Shown piece by piece: positions 10,175 through 20,147 of a stretch of DNA of 64,000 nucleotides. The DNA comes from a virus, in the IMG/VR virus record IMGVR_UViG_3300042868_005641, positions 13,875-77,874 of that record; one strand, written 5' to 3'. How positions within the stretch are numbered: the stretch's first letter is position 1; each line of letters begins with the position of its first letter. The notes beneath the pieces were generated by a model. It did not search any database and was not told the DNA's origin. It saw only the letters and a list, made by a program, of their open reading frames with translations. The translations under genes and the position numbers were made by a program.

Positions 10175-11152
10175 ATGCTAGACATCCTTGGATATTTGCC
10201 GGCGAAACGAAAATCTACTCCGTCGGGCTGGGTAAGTTTCAACGCAGTATGTTGTCAACATAACAGCAGTACCAAAGACACACGCAGCCGCGCTGGCCTT
10301 AAATCTTCAGAACAAGGTTGGACATATCATTGCTTCAACTGCAACTACACCGCTAGCTTTATCCTTGGCCGTACATTAAGTTATAAGGCCCGCAGGCTCT
10401 TGGGTTGGATGGGTGTGCCCGACGCTGAAATTGATATGCTGAACTTAGAAAGTCTAAGACATCGGGGCATATACGGCATCATCGACGATAGACAACGTAC
10501 ATTTGATGTACTAGCAGGCATAGAGTTTACTGAACAAGAACTACCTCCACTTACTGAGTTGTTGACCGACAATAACGAACTTAGAAAGTATCTACGTAAT
10601 CGACAAGTACCCGAAGATTACCCTGCGTTGATCTTTAAGAATCATAGCAACCATCGACCGGCAGTGATCATACCATTTACACATCACAGTCGTGTGGTAG
10701 GGCACACTGAGAGGTACTTGGATAACAAAAAACCCAAATATATTAGCAATAGCCAACCAGGTTATGTGTTTGGTACAGATTTGCAGCATAATGATTGGAC
10801 CAATGTAATTGTGACAGAAGGCGTATTTGATGCCCTGTGCATTGGTGGCCTAGCTGTGATGCACAGTACAATATCTGATCAGCAGGCTAGATTGATTCGC
10901 AGTTTAGGTAAAGAGATTACTGTGGTACCAGACCAGGACCTAGCAGGTATGGAACTTGTGGACCGTGCTGTGGAACTAGGATGGGCAGTAAGTATGCCAC
11001 CTTGGCCTGCGGACATCAAGGATGTGAATGACAGTGTGGTTCGTTACGGTCGGCTTGCAACTCTACTAACTATATTTGAAAATCGTGAAACCAGCCGAAT
11101 CAAAATAGAAATGAAAAAAAGAAATCTTTTAAAGAAACTCAATGATGAATAA
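10175..11152 (+). CDS. DNA primase (zinc finger + TOPRIM)
   Basis: YHCFNC zinc finger, VTEGVFDA, VPDQD and KDVND; preceded by TTGATT-17-TACAAT. Confidence 0.85.
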   Translation: MLDILGYLPAKRKSTPSGWVSFNAVCCQHNSSTKDTRSRAGLKSSEQGWTYHCFNCNYTASFILGRTLSYKARRLLGWMGVPDAEIDMLNLESLRHRGIYGIIDDRQRTFDVLAGIEFTEQELPPLTELLTDNNELRKYLRNRQVPEDYPALIFKNHSNHRPAVIIPFTHHSRVVGHTERYLDNKKPKYISNSQPGYVFGTDLQHNDWTNVIVTEGVFDALCIGGLAVMHSTISDQQARLIRSLGKEITVVPDQDLAGMELVDRAVELGWAVSMPPWPADIKDVNDSVVRYGRLATLLTIFENRETSRIKIEMKKRNLLKKLNDE

Positions 11153-12215
11153 ATTTACCAATCTAGACCAATTTAGAAAAACTGGCGATGTGTTTACAAT
11201 GTCCTATATCTATTCAGGCATCGCAGCATATTTTTCGCAACAAAACAAATTCAACCAACTGGAATTTACATCTAGCGCAAATACTATTTTCTGTAGAGAT
11301 TGGGATACCAATTTTGTTGATAGCGATCCCACTGAACAAAAATATTTTGGACTTGTGAATGAAGCACACATTGATTATTGGTTTCCGGTTGAAGAATGGA
11401 AGAATGTCATATTGATAACTGGTCACGAACATGTTCGTTATTATCCAAATAATATCAAAAGTATAGGATTTAATCGATGGGACATAGTGATTCAACAGAA
11501 CTTCTCTAATCCAGTGGTACGCAATGAAGTCAATCGTCAAGAACTATCAATAGCCGAATATGATGTGTTGTGCTTGGTCGGTCGACCAAGAGATCATAGA
11601 CTTGAATTTTTATTGAATTTGCAATGCAACAGTAGCGGACTCAAGATTGTGACTGACAGTAATCAACAGATCTTGGATACAGAATATCGCACCACAGCAT
11701 TGGGATTTGAATCTTTTTTTAACAAATGTGATATTGACAAATTTAATTCTTACCAGGGATTTTCCAGTTTCTACCAGGCCGAGGATAAAATTTATCTAGA
11801 CCACCAACCGCACAAGGACATGTATGGGTCTTGTAGAGTCAATGTGGTACTAGAAACCACTGTGTATGATGTGAAAAAACCTTTTCTGAGCGAAAAGACT
11901 TGGAAAGCATTAGCGCATCGTAGACCATTTGTGATACTTGGAGATACCAACAGTATATCTACATTGAAAGAAAAGGGATTTAAAACTTTTGGTAATTTCT
12001 GCGACGAATCATACGACTCTGAACCAGATTTAAGCAAGAGAATCAAAATGGTAGCAGTGGCCATGCATCAATTGGTGTCTGCTTGTAAAACCCATGCCAA
12101 CGAAATAGATAAAATTTGTAAGCACAATCAGGAATTGTTCTTTGATGCCAATCGAACTAATTCAGATCTTGCAGCATTTGGTAAGCTGTGTCTGGATGAA
12201 TTGTATAATATATAA
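11142..12215 (+). CDS. Glycosyltransferase-like protein, paralogue 2
   Basis: 'VNVVLET..FLSEKTWK..PF..LKEKGFKTF..DESYD'. Confidence 0.55.
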   Translation: MMNKFTNLDQFRKTGDVFTMSYIYSGIAAYFSQQNKFNQLEFTSSANTIFCRDWDTNFVDSDPTEQKYFGLVNEAHIDYWFPVEEWKNVILITGHEHVRYYPNNIKSIGFNRWDIVIQQNFSNPVVRNEVNRQELSIAEYDVLCLVGRPRDHRLEFLLNLQCNSSGLKIVTDSNQQILDTEYRTTALGFESFFNKCDIDKFNSYQGFSSFYQAEDKIYLDHQPHKDMYGSCRVNVVLETTVYDVKKPFLSEKTWKALAHRRPFVILGDTNSISTLKEKGFKTFGNFCDESYDSEPDLSKRIKMVAVAMHQLVSACKTHANEIDKICKHNQELFFDANRTNSDLAAFGKLCLDELYNI

Positions 12216-12224
12216 GGAAAAATC

Positions 12225-13661
12225 TTGTTAAAAGACTACGGAATTGAAGTACAAAAGTTATTTCTGGAAATGATGCTAGAGGACGCACAAGGCTATGTGC
12301 GTGTGCAGAACATTTATAATCCAGAGAACTTTGATAGAAGTTTGAGGCCAGCTGCTGAGTTTCTTAAAGAGCATGGAGACAAATACAAAACACTTCCTGA
12401 TCGAGCACAGATATCAGCCACAACAGGAGTGAAACTTCAACCAGTTCCTGAGCTGAATGAAGGACACTTTGAATGGTTCATGAATGAGTTTGAAGCATTT
12501 ACTAGACGTCAAGAGTTGGAACGTGCAATTCTCAAAGCAGCAGACTTGTTGGAGAAGGGCGACTATGATCCAGTAGAGAAGCTGATCAAGGATGCTGTGC
12601 AAATATCATTGACCAAGGATATGGGCACTGATTACTTTGCTGATCCCAAAGGACGCATCGAAAAGTATTTCAACTCTGGCGGGCAAGTTAGCACAGGATG
12701 GCCGCAGATGGATAGGCTGCTGTATGGCGGGTTCAGTCGCGGAGAACTCAATATCTTTGCAGGTGGATCAGGATCAGGTAAAAGTCTTGTGATGATGAAC
12801 ATAGCATTGAACTGGGTACAGTCAGGATTGAGCGGAGTATATATTACATTGGAGTTGAGTGAAGAACTTACATCTCTAAGAACTGATGCCATGCTCACAA
12901 ACATGAGCACTAAAGATATTCGCAAGGACATTGATACTACAGAACTCAAAGTCAAAATGGTAGGTAAGAAATCTGGTAACTATCAAGTGAAAGGGTTGCC
13001 GGCTCAGAGCAACATCAATGACATTCGTGCTTACTTGAAAGAATATCAAATTCAAACTGGCAAGCGTGTGGACTTTGTAATGATCGACTATTTGGACTTG
13101 TTAATGCCAGTGAGTGCAAAGGTAAGTCCTAATGACTTGTTTGTAAAAGACAAGTATGTGAGTGAAGAACTGCGTAACTTGGCCAAGGAGTTACAGATAC
13201 TAATGGTCACTGCATCACAGTTGAATCGATCAGCAGTGGAAGAAGTAGAATTTGATCACAGTCATATTTCAGGTGGTATCTCAAAGATCAACACAGCAGA
13301 CAATGTGTTTGGTATCTTTACCAGCAGACAAATGAAAGAACGTGGCAAGTATCAAATTCAATGTATGAAGTCACGTAGTTCAACCGGTGTAGGACAAAAG
13401 ATTGACTTAGAATACGATATTGATACCATGCGTATTACTGACGCAGGAGGAGAAGATGGTGAAAACTCATTCCGGAAACCTAGCCTAATGGATTCAATCA
13501 AGGCAAAAACATCAGTCACTCCAACTGAGTCGACTGCTTCTGCCAGTGGGTGGGAACGGGCAAAACCCAAAGACGGGCACGATCCTCTTGCTCCAAAAGT
13601 TTCCGCAGATGTACAAAGTACCAAACTCAAGCAATTGTTGGGTAAGATCAAAACAAACTAA
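12225..13661 (+). CDS. Replicative DnaB/gp41-like helicase
   Basis: GGSGSGKS Walker A, ITLEL, IDYLDL and TASQLNR motifs. Confidence 0.9.
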   Translation: MLKDYGIEVQKLFLEMMLEDAQGYVRVQNIYNPENFDRSLRPAAEFLKEHGDKYKTLPDRAQISATTGVKLQPVPELNEGHFEWFMNEFEAFTRRQELERAILKAADLLEKGDYDPVEKLIKDAVQISLTKDMGTDYFADPKGRIEKYFNSGGQVSTGWPQMDRLLYGGFSRGELNIFAGGSGSGKSLVMMNIALNWVQSGLSGVYITLELSEELTSLRTDAMLTNMSTKDIRKDIDTTELKVKMVGKKSGNYQVKGLPAQSNINDIRAYLKEYQIQTGKRVDFVMIDYLDLLMPVSAKVSPNDLFVKDKYVSEELRNLAKELQILMVTASQLNRSAVEEVEFDHSHISGGISKINTADNVFGIFTSRQMKERGKYQIQCMKSRSSTGVGQKIDLEYDIDTMRITDAGGEDGENSFRKPSLMDSIKAKTSVTPTESTASASGWERAKPKDGHDPLAPKVSADVQSTKLKQLLGKIKTN

Positions 13662-13694
13662 AAACCAATAAATAAGTCAAGGGCCCTTAACCAC

Positions 13695-13940
13695 ATGCAG
13701 AAACGAACTCGTAGCTTATTAGAAGAATTAGATTCTATGTATATTGAGCGTGAGCGCGACCTAGTGATAGAGAGCCGAGCTGCAAATATTATTGCTGGTG
13801 CTATTAATCTACTGGAACAGATTGATGCCTCCTATACCCAAGAACAAGCAGAAAATTTAACACGCAAATTACTCAATGCTATCCGTACTCGTGACGCAGG
13901 AAAATTTGCCAGAACAGTGAGGCGCAGTGATGCAAATTAA
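13695..13940 (+). CDS. Hypothetical late protein
   Basis: TAAATA upstream; intact 81-aa ORF. Confidence 0.6.
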   Translation: MQKRTRSLLEELDSMYIERERDLVIESRAANIIAGAINLLEQIDASYTQEQAENLTRKLLNAIRTRDAGKFARTVRRSDAN

Positions 13941-15906
13941 ACAGCTACTTGAAGGTGGCAACGTATTCAAAACCAAATCGGGTGAACCATTAACCCAACG
14001 TATCAATCTGCAAGATGTGCCAGCCACAATTGACTGGATTGAACAAGTAACTGGCATAGACTTTACCACAGAAAAAGGCTCAGACGGAATCCCGTTACGC
14101 TGGTTGGGCAGCACTGGTAAAAAGCCCACGTCGGGCGACTTGGATTTAGCTGTGGATCTCAATGAAATCAGCAAAGAACAATTGGCTGCTATACTCACAC
14201 AGTTTGTGCAAAGTCAAGGACTTGATCCTAGAGAATGGGTCAAAAAAAGCGGTGAAGTACATTTACGCACACCTATTGGCGGAGATGCTAACAAAGGCTT
14301 TGTACAAACAGATTTTATGTTCTTTCCTAACTTGGATTGGGGACAGTTCTTTTATGCAGGTGGTACAGATTCAGCATACAAAGGTATGAATCGTAATGTA
14401 CTCATGAGCAGCATAGCCAAACAACAGGGGCTCAAAGTAGGTGCCAATGGTATGTTTTCGCGTACATCGAATCAACTGGTTGATGGCGGTATGGATCCTG
14501 ACTATGTGGCCAGTGTGCTGCTAGGCCAAGGGGCCGACCGTGAGAATCTAAAGAACGTGGAATCTATCTATGCTGCATTGGCACAAGATCCTGCACGAGA
14601 TACCAAGCTAGCCGACTTCCGTGAATATCTCTCACGTGAAGGACTACAAGAGCCTGCTACCACAGTCAAAGAAAATGATGTGAATTTCCTAGCACGCCTG
14701 CGTGATCGAATTGTAAATCAAGGTATGATGCCATTGATTGAAACCAAGAAAGCATATGAACTATACGAACAAGAACCTGCTGCTATAGGTGGCAAAGCCA
14801 AAGGCATTGAGCACCTGGAAGATTACATATTCCGTAGCGGAACAGCTGGAGTTGATCGAGCATTGGCCATTGCAGATTCATTCTACACCAATCCCAAAAC
14901 TGGATCAGTAAAATGGGACGGCAAACCTGCTGTGGTGTTTGGTCGCAAACCAGAAACTGGTGAATTTGTGCTCACCGATGATGCTGGATTCACTGCTGCT
15001 GGATACGATGGCTTGTTTACTAGCCCAGACGCTATTGCTGATGATATGGCTCGACGAGACGCTAATGCAGCGGCCAAAGGCAATGTGGCCACTAGAGTCA
15101 ATACATTGTTGCCGGTGTATCAGACCATATGGCCTTATCTCGAAGCAGCTACCCCTACCAACTTCCGTGGGTTTGTCAAAGGGGATCTATTGTACATACA
15201 GACTCCTCCTACCGAAGCTGGCAACCTGGTATTTCAACCCAACACTGTGCAGTATCGTATTCCTGCCAACAGCAAGTTAGGACAGCAAATTGCCAACAGC
15301 GATGTGGGTGTAGCAGTGCATACCATGTATGAAGATGCAGGTGCGGCTAAACAACCTCTCAGTAGAGTTAAGTTTAATCCTGTACCTGGACTATTACTAA
15401 TCGAACCAATCTATGCTAAACCAGTGCCAAAGAATGATGCCATAACAAAAGAGATTAAAAAGCTGTTACGTCAAAATCGAGCAGCATTAGACACATTGTT
15501 TAATCCAACAGAGCTGCGGGCCATGAAGATAACTGATTTGGCTAAACTTGCAATTGACTATATCAACAAACGTGTGGATCCTAATCATGCAGCATACACT
15601 GGAGATTTCGGCGATCTAGTACCAGGATTCTTGTCTTGGTTACAGCAGACCCAAACTCCGCAAAAAGTCAACAACATTGCACAATACCTACGTAGCCCTA
15701 CTTCAAATGAACAAGCATTAGCAGCAGCATTCTTGTTGTTTGAATTGTTGCATGATTTGAAACTGGATCTGTTGGGACAACTGGATGCGCAAGTACCAGG
15801 CAACGAAGGATGGGTGTTTGCTACCCCTGCAGGCTATGGTAAGGCTGTGAATAGATTTGATTTCACAGCTAGAAACAAAGCAAGAAACAACCCGCCAACT
15901 GAGTAA
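13930..15906 (+). CDS. Two-domain protein: Pol-beta-like nucleotidyltransferase plus KxDG-motif domain; probable head-internal protein
   Basis: GSTGKK..SGDLDL..QTDF (NTase motif); second half has HLED and KWDGKPA; N-terminal LLE motif. Confidence 0.55.
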   Translation: MQIKQLLEGGNVFKTKSGEPLTQRINLQDVPATIDWIEQVTGIDFTTEKGSDGIPLRWLGSTGKKPTSGDLDLAVDLNEISKEQLAAILTQFVQSQGLDPREWVKKSGEVHLRTPIGGDANKGFVQTDFMFFPNLDWGQFFYAGGTDSAYKGMNRNVLMSSIAKQQGLKVGANGMFSRTSNQLVDGGMDPDYVASVLLGQGADRENLKNVESIYAALAQDPARDTKLADFREYLSREGLQEPATTVKENDVNFLARLRDRIVNQGMMPLIETKKAYELYEQEPAAIGGKAKGIEHLEDYIFRSGTAGVDRALAIADSFYTNPKTGSVKWDGKPAVVFGRKPETGEFVLTDDAGFTAAGYDGLFTSPDAIADDMARRDANAAAKGNVATRVNTLLPVYQTIWPYLEAATPTNFRGFVKGDLLYIQTPPTEAGNLVFQPNTVQYRIPANSKLGQQIANSDVGVAVHTMYEDAGAAKQPLSRVKFNPVPGLLLIEPIYAKPVPKNDAITKEIKKLLRQNRAALDTLFNPTELRAMKITDLAKLAIDYINKRVDPNHAAYTGDFGDLVPGFLSWLQQTQTPQKVNNIAQYLRSPTSNEQALAAAFLLFELLHDLKLDLLGQLDAQVPGNEGWVFATPAGYGKAVNRFDFTARNKARNNPPTE

Positions 15907-15967
15907 TTTTTTGTCAGATTCATAAATAAGTGTAGGGCAAAAACCCACTTACTTAGGAGATTTTAAA

Positions 15968-16399
15968 ATGGCAGGATTTACAAAAACAAACGGAACTACC
16001 CAACCGGTATTCCACATGGACACTGCGAATGGTAACATTCAAGGTACAGCTAACATTGCAGCTACAGGCTCAGTTAACTTCCAAGGCCCTAAGCTGGACT
16101 TCTTCAGCTTGGTAGCTAACGGTGCGTTAACAACTTCCGCTAATGTCAATGGCTACATCAACAACCTGATGCAAGCTATTCAGACCAAAGCCACAGTGGC
16201 CATGTATCAGGTCAGCCCAGCAGCACCTACAGTGTTGAACTTGGCTGTGTATCCTACAGGCGCTTACACCAACGTTACATTGCTGGCTACTGCTAACACC
16301 AGTGCTACTGTAGCGTCTGGTGGTCAGAACCTGGAACTGAGCTCATGCGCAGGTAATGCTGTGTTTGTGACCAGCGCAACCAACTTTGCTCCAACCTAA
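15968..16399 (+). CDS. Small virion structural protein
   Basis: TAAATA promoter, strong AGGAG SD, A/T/N/G-rich sequence, own terminator. Confidence 0.55.
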   Translation: MAGFTKTNGTTQPVFHMDTANGNIQGTANIAATGSVNFQGPKLDFFSLVANGALTTSANVNGYINNLMQAIQTKATVAMYQVSPAAPTVLNLAVYPTGAYTNVTLLATANTSATVASGGQNLELSSCAGNAVFVTSATNFAPT

Positions 16400-16420
16400 T
16401 TCTAGGCTGTAGTACAGAAC

Positions 16421-16454
16421 AAAAGCCTTGGATTAATTTCCAAGGCTTTTTTTT
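16421..16454 (+). terminator. Rho-independent terminator
   Basis: AAAAGCCTTGGA/TCCAAGGCTTTT stem followed by a T-run. Confidence 0.85.
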
Positions 16455-16469
16455 GGCCGTAAATACCAT

Positions 16470-16880
16470 ATGACAATGAGTATACAAATAACCACAGACT
16501 TTGATTGCAGACCCACTGGAGTTACTGGACATCTACGAGAAAACTTGCTGCCGTTTACGGATCAGCTAGGGCAGCAAGTGACAGATATCTCTAGTTGGGT
16601 ACGCAGTCGCAACCAACAACGCAACTGGGAAACCATCATGCAGTTAATCGGCCTCTACACACAACCGGTAAGAGTTTCTCGTGTACGGGCCAAAGACCAA
16701 CGTTGGCAATTTGAATTTGACACAGAGTTTGATGATGTATTTGCAGTTGACAATGATCCTGTAGGAAGACTACTGCAAGCATGCGATGGCGTACCTATTA
16801 TCAACTATGTTGAACAGCAGTTAACTACACTATTGCGTCCAGATGTTAACATTTGGTTTGAACCATTAAACCATAAATAA
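16470..16880 (+). CDS. Hypothetical late protein
   Basis: TAAATA 4 nt before the ATG. Confidence 0.6.
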   Translation: MTMSIQITTDFDCRPTGVTGHLRENLLPFTDQLGQQVTDISSWVRSRNQQRNWETIMQLIGLYTQPVRVSRVRAKDQRWQFEFDTEFDDVFAVDNDPVGRLLQACDGVPIINYVEQQLTTLLRPDVNIWFEPLNHK

Positions 16881-16883
16881 CTC

Positions 16884-17144
16884 ATGGACACTACAGATAT
16901 TGAAAAGAAAAGTTTAGAGGCCCACGTTGAGCTTTGTGCCGAACGTTATCGTATGTTGGAACTCAAGATTGAAACTGTTGAGTCCGGCATTGACTCAGTA
17001 AAAACCATGGTGGAGTCAGTGCATGATATGGTGCATACCATGTCAGCCAAACGCAATGATCAATTGATTGGCTGGGGTATTGGCGTTATTGGGTTTCTTG
17101 TGGCCACTGTGGGGTGGATGCTAAAACACTACGTATTACAATGA
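16884..17144 (+). CDS. Small coiled-coil protein with C-terminal TM helix
   Basis: Heptad region followed by hydrophobic LIGWGIGVIGFLVATVGW. Confidence 0.55.
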   Translation: MDTTDIEKKSLEAHVELCAERYRMLELKIETVESGIDSVKTMVESVHDMVHTMSAKRNDQLIGWGIGVIGFLVATVGWMLKHYVLQ

Positions 17145-17632
17145 AAGCCAGTCGTAAATTGGCTGCATTGGCGGCAAAAGAGCTGCCGCTGCTTCTAGAC
17201 AAAGTGATCATAGAAGATGGCAAGAAGTATCGAGCATTTGGCAAATACACTATACAACCTATTCCTGCAGGATTTCAAGTTCGCCTGCGTGATGATGACA
17301 TTGGTACATTTTCGGGTACCAAATCTGCACTGGCTTGGTGCATAGCAGATAATCTAAATCATCTCAACTTGGCTAGACAAATAAAAGAATTAGACCAATC
17401 TATCATTAGATTGCGCAATGACATATATGTACGTCGTGCATTAGCTGATCGCACAGCAGGACACACATGGGAAAACTTGATTAACAAAACAAGTGCTAGG
17501 CAAGAACATACTCAGGTCCTAGAAAAAGAACTAGCAAAATGTATAAATTTGGCTAAATACTGGCAACTACGAGGAAACTCAGATGAAACTAAACGAACTG
17601 GCCGTAACACGCCCCACACGACAAATCGCTAA
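17141..17632 (+). CDS. Hypothetical protein
   Basis: ATGA-coupled ORF. Confidence 0.55.
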   Translation: MKASRKLAALAAKELPLLLDKVIIEDGKKYRAFGKYTIQPIPAGFQVRLRDDDIGTFSGTKSALAWCIADNLNHLNLARQIKELDQSIIRLRNDIYVRRALADRTAGHTWENLINKTSARQEHTQVLEKELAKCINLAKYWQLRGNSDETKRTGRNTPHTTNR

Positions 17633-18485
17633 AGTATTTGAAAGTCACTTTGACAAATCAGTCAAATTTGATACTTTGAATCGCAAACAATTACACAGCA
17701 TGTATCGCCAGGTGCGCGGCATGCTGGGCGAAGTGCGCAGCAGCCCTGCTCGCCATACTAGCGAAAAGAATCCAGCTTATCTCAAGCTCATGATGATGGA
17801 ACAAGCACTTGCTGATCGTATCTATGAAGCAGAGATGGGTGCCACAGGCGGCGTGGCCCCTACTACTCCTGGTGCAACTCCTCAACAAGCTGCTGCCATG
17901 GCTGTGAAGCAAAAAATGGATCAGAAGAAGCAGGTGCAACAAGAACTGGACAATGCAAAGAAACAAGTTACAGATTTGCAAAATCAACTCAACAGTCTTA
18001 ACACTACTACTACAGTTCAAGAAACTGAACTTCGATTACGTGCGCAAGGATACGGTTATTATCTCAGCGAAGGCGAAGTACAACAAGCTCAAGTGGTGTT
18101 AGCTGCACAAGACATGGTTGACAAGATGCAGGATATGATCGAAGACAGCACAGAAATGCAGTTCAAAGAACTTCCAGCATTAGTTGATTCAATTAAGAAC
18201 CAAATTGGGCCTGATCAAGCAGCACAGTTCAATAATGATGCACAAGCAGCATTAAGTGGGTTAGTGCAGAATTTGCAAGGCAGCAAGCAACAGCTAGAAC
18301 AAGCATTAGGTGTTGTAACTGGACAAGGTCCTGTAGCAATGCCAGGTGCAGATACAGGTATGACACCTCCAGGTGGTGATATGGGATTAGCAGGTCCTCC
18401 TCCAGGCGAAGAAGAAATTGAAATCAGTGCCGAAGAACCAGCAATTGGTGGGCCAGCAGCCGCATTGGGTCGTGAGCGTAGATAA
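17583..18485 (+). CDS. Putative prohead core/scaffold-like protein
   Basis: Q/A-rich coiled coil, several (L/I/V)xE sites, acidic G/P tail, ends LGRERR. Confidence 0.45.
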   Translation: MKLNELAVTRPTRQIAKVFESHFDKSVKFDTLNRKQLHSMYRQVRGMLGEVRSSPARHTSEKNPAYLKLMMMEQALADRIYEAEMGATGGVAPTTPGATPQQAAAMAVKQKMDQKKQVQQELDNAKKQVTDLQNQLNSLNTTTTVQETELRLRAQGYGYYLSEGEVQQAQVVLAAQDMVDKMQDMIEDSTEMQFKELPALVDSIKNQIGPDQAAQFNNDAQAALSGLVQNLQGSKQQLEQALGVVTGQGPVAMPGADTGMTPPGGDMGLAGPPPGEEEIEISAEEPAIGGPAAALGRERR

Positions 18486-18832
18486 TGCGAATCAATGAAG
18501 TAGAAGCAGACGCTACCACAGACAAACTCATGGCATTGGCCAGGTTTGCTGTGGGTAGAGCACAGGATACTTCAGCCAAGATGCAAATGCCGGTGCAGGC
18601 GTTTATCAATCGAGCACAAAGTATGGGCATAGATATCACTCCAGACACTTTGCAAACATTAGTTGGCCAACCACCACTAAGTGGGTTAATTGAACCCATG
18701 AGCCCAAACGCTACAGAACTAACATTCAAAGGTGGTGATCAACCCGGCCCAGTCACAATGCCAGTGAATCAAGCACAGGATATTGTGGCATCTGCTGCAC
18801 AGTCAGCAATGAGAAAAGACCGCGGCATTTAA
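18485..18832 (+). CDS. Hypothetical (possible head-internal) protein
   Basis: N-terminal MRINEV; TAATG coupling to the upstream gene. Confidence 0.5.
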   Translation: MRINEVEADATTDKLMALARFAVGRAQDTSAKMQMPVQAFINRAQSMGIDITPDTLQTLVGQPPLSGLIEPMSPNATELTFKGGDQPGPVTMPVNQAQDIVASAAQSAMRKDRGI

Positions 18833-18869
18833 ACCTGCACAGACTGGTGCGCCTATCATAAATACTTGT

Positions 18870-19466
18870 ATGAAAAACAAGTATGGTATACAAAAAATAT
18901 GTTTATTCTGCGGTAACAAATTTATTACTAAGCCGCGGTTACTTGAATATTGTTCTCAACCGTGTAAAAATCCACATAACAGACCAGGCCACATTCCATG
19001 GAACAAGGGTGTTAAACTCAATGATGACCAAAAAGCAAAACAAAACACATCGGGGCTTGCTAAAGGACATGGGTGGAACAAAGGTATTCCAAATGAAAGA
19101 CAACGAGAAAAGTGGTTAATTGATAATCCTAACAAAAATGGTAAACTGAATAATCTCAGACCTAAAAACTATGTAGATGATAATTTCACTGCATACAAAA
19201 GAGAATGCCAGAAAGCAACTTATAGAACTGTGTATGCTATGAAAAAAGAAGGAACAGCTAAAATAACTGGAAAAAGGAAAACTGATTATCAACTTGATCA
19301 TATCATTCCTTACAGGCAAGGATACACATTAGGTATAGATCCTACCGTAATTGGAGGAAGGAAAAATTTAAGGTATATACTAGGAGAAGAGAATAGATCC
19401 AAATGGGATTATTTTCAATCTGACGATGTAGTAAAATCTATAATAGGAGATAAGTATGGCGTATAG
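18870..19466 (+). mobile_element. HNH-type homing endonuclease-like gene
   Basis: CxxC..YCS..C finger, PWNKG repeats and QLDHIIP..NL..EN.SK; AT-rich; sits directly upstream of iscU. Confidence 0.7.
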
Positions 19467-19842
19467 TGAAGCTGTTCTCGATCATTATAATAATCCAAGA
19501 AATGTTGGATCTTATAAAAAAGACGAAGAGGGAGTCGGGATAGGACTCGTTGGAGCACCAAGTTGCGGTGATGTTTTGCAATTGAGCATAAAAGTAACTG
19601 ATGGAATTATCACAGATGCAAGATTTAAAACGTATGGTTGCGGAAGCGCGATTGCGTCGAGCTCGCTTGTTACTGAATGGGTCAAAGGACGGACACTTGA
19701 CGAAGCGGCAGCGATTAAAAATAGCGAGATTGCTTCTGAACTTGCCCTCCCCCCAGTTAAAATTCATTGTTCAATACTTGCAGAAGATGCGATCAAAGCA
19801 GCAGTAATGGATTACAAGAGCCGACATGATCTCATTAACTGA
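19456..19842 (+). CDS. iscU: Fe-S cluster scaffold IscU
   Basis: MAYS..DHY.NPRNVG, GAPSCGD, FKTYGCGSAIAS and LPPVKIHCS. Confidence 0.95.
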   Translation: MAYSEAVLDHYNNPRNVGSYKKDEEGVGIGLVGAPSCGDVLQLSIKVTDGIITDARFKTYGCGSAIASSSLVTEWVKGRTLDEAAAIKNSEIASELALPPVKIHCSILAEDAIKAAVMDYKSRHDLIN

Positions 19843-20146
19843 CACTGCTGCTCGAAAAATAACTCAAACTATTCAACGTCGGGGTCGCGGAATTGGTATC
19901 CGGGTAGGGGTCAAAACAACAGGTTGCTCTGGGCTTGCTTATGTGTTAGAATATGTAGACACTGTGCAACCGGACGATATCTGTATCGATTGCAACAACT
20001 GTAAATTGTTTGTTGACCCCAAAAGCTGTGCATATCTGCAAGGACTTGAAGTAGACTACACTAGGCAAGGGCTCAATGAGGGATTTCAGTTCAACAACCC
20101 CAATGAACGTGACCGATGCGGTTGCGGAGAAAGTTTTAGAGTTTAA
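19826..20146 (+). CDS. iscA: Fe-S carrier IscA
   Basis: TTGCSGLAY and FNNPN..CGCGESF. Confidence 0.95.
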   Translation: MISLTDTAARKITQTIQRRGRGIGIRVGVKTTGCSGLAYVLEYVDTVQPDDICIDCNNCKLFVDPKSCAYLQGLEVDYTRQGLNEGFQFNNPNERDRCGCGESFRV

Positions 20147-20147
20147 T

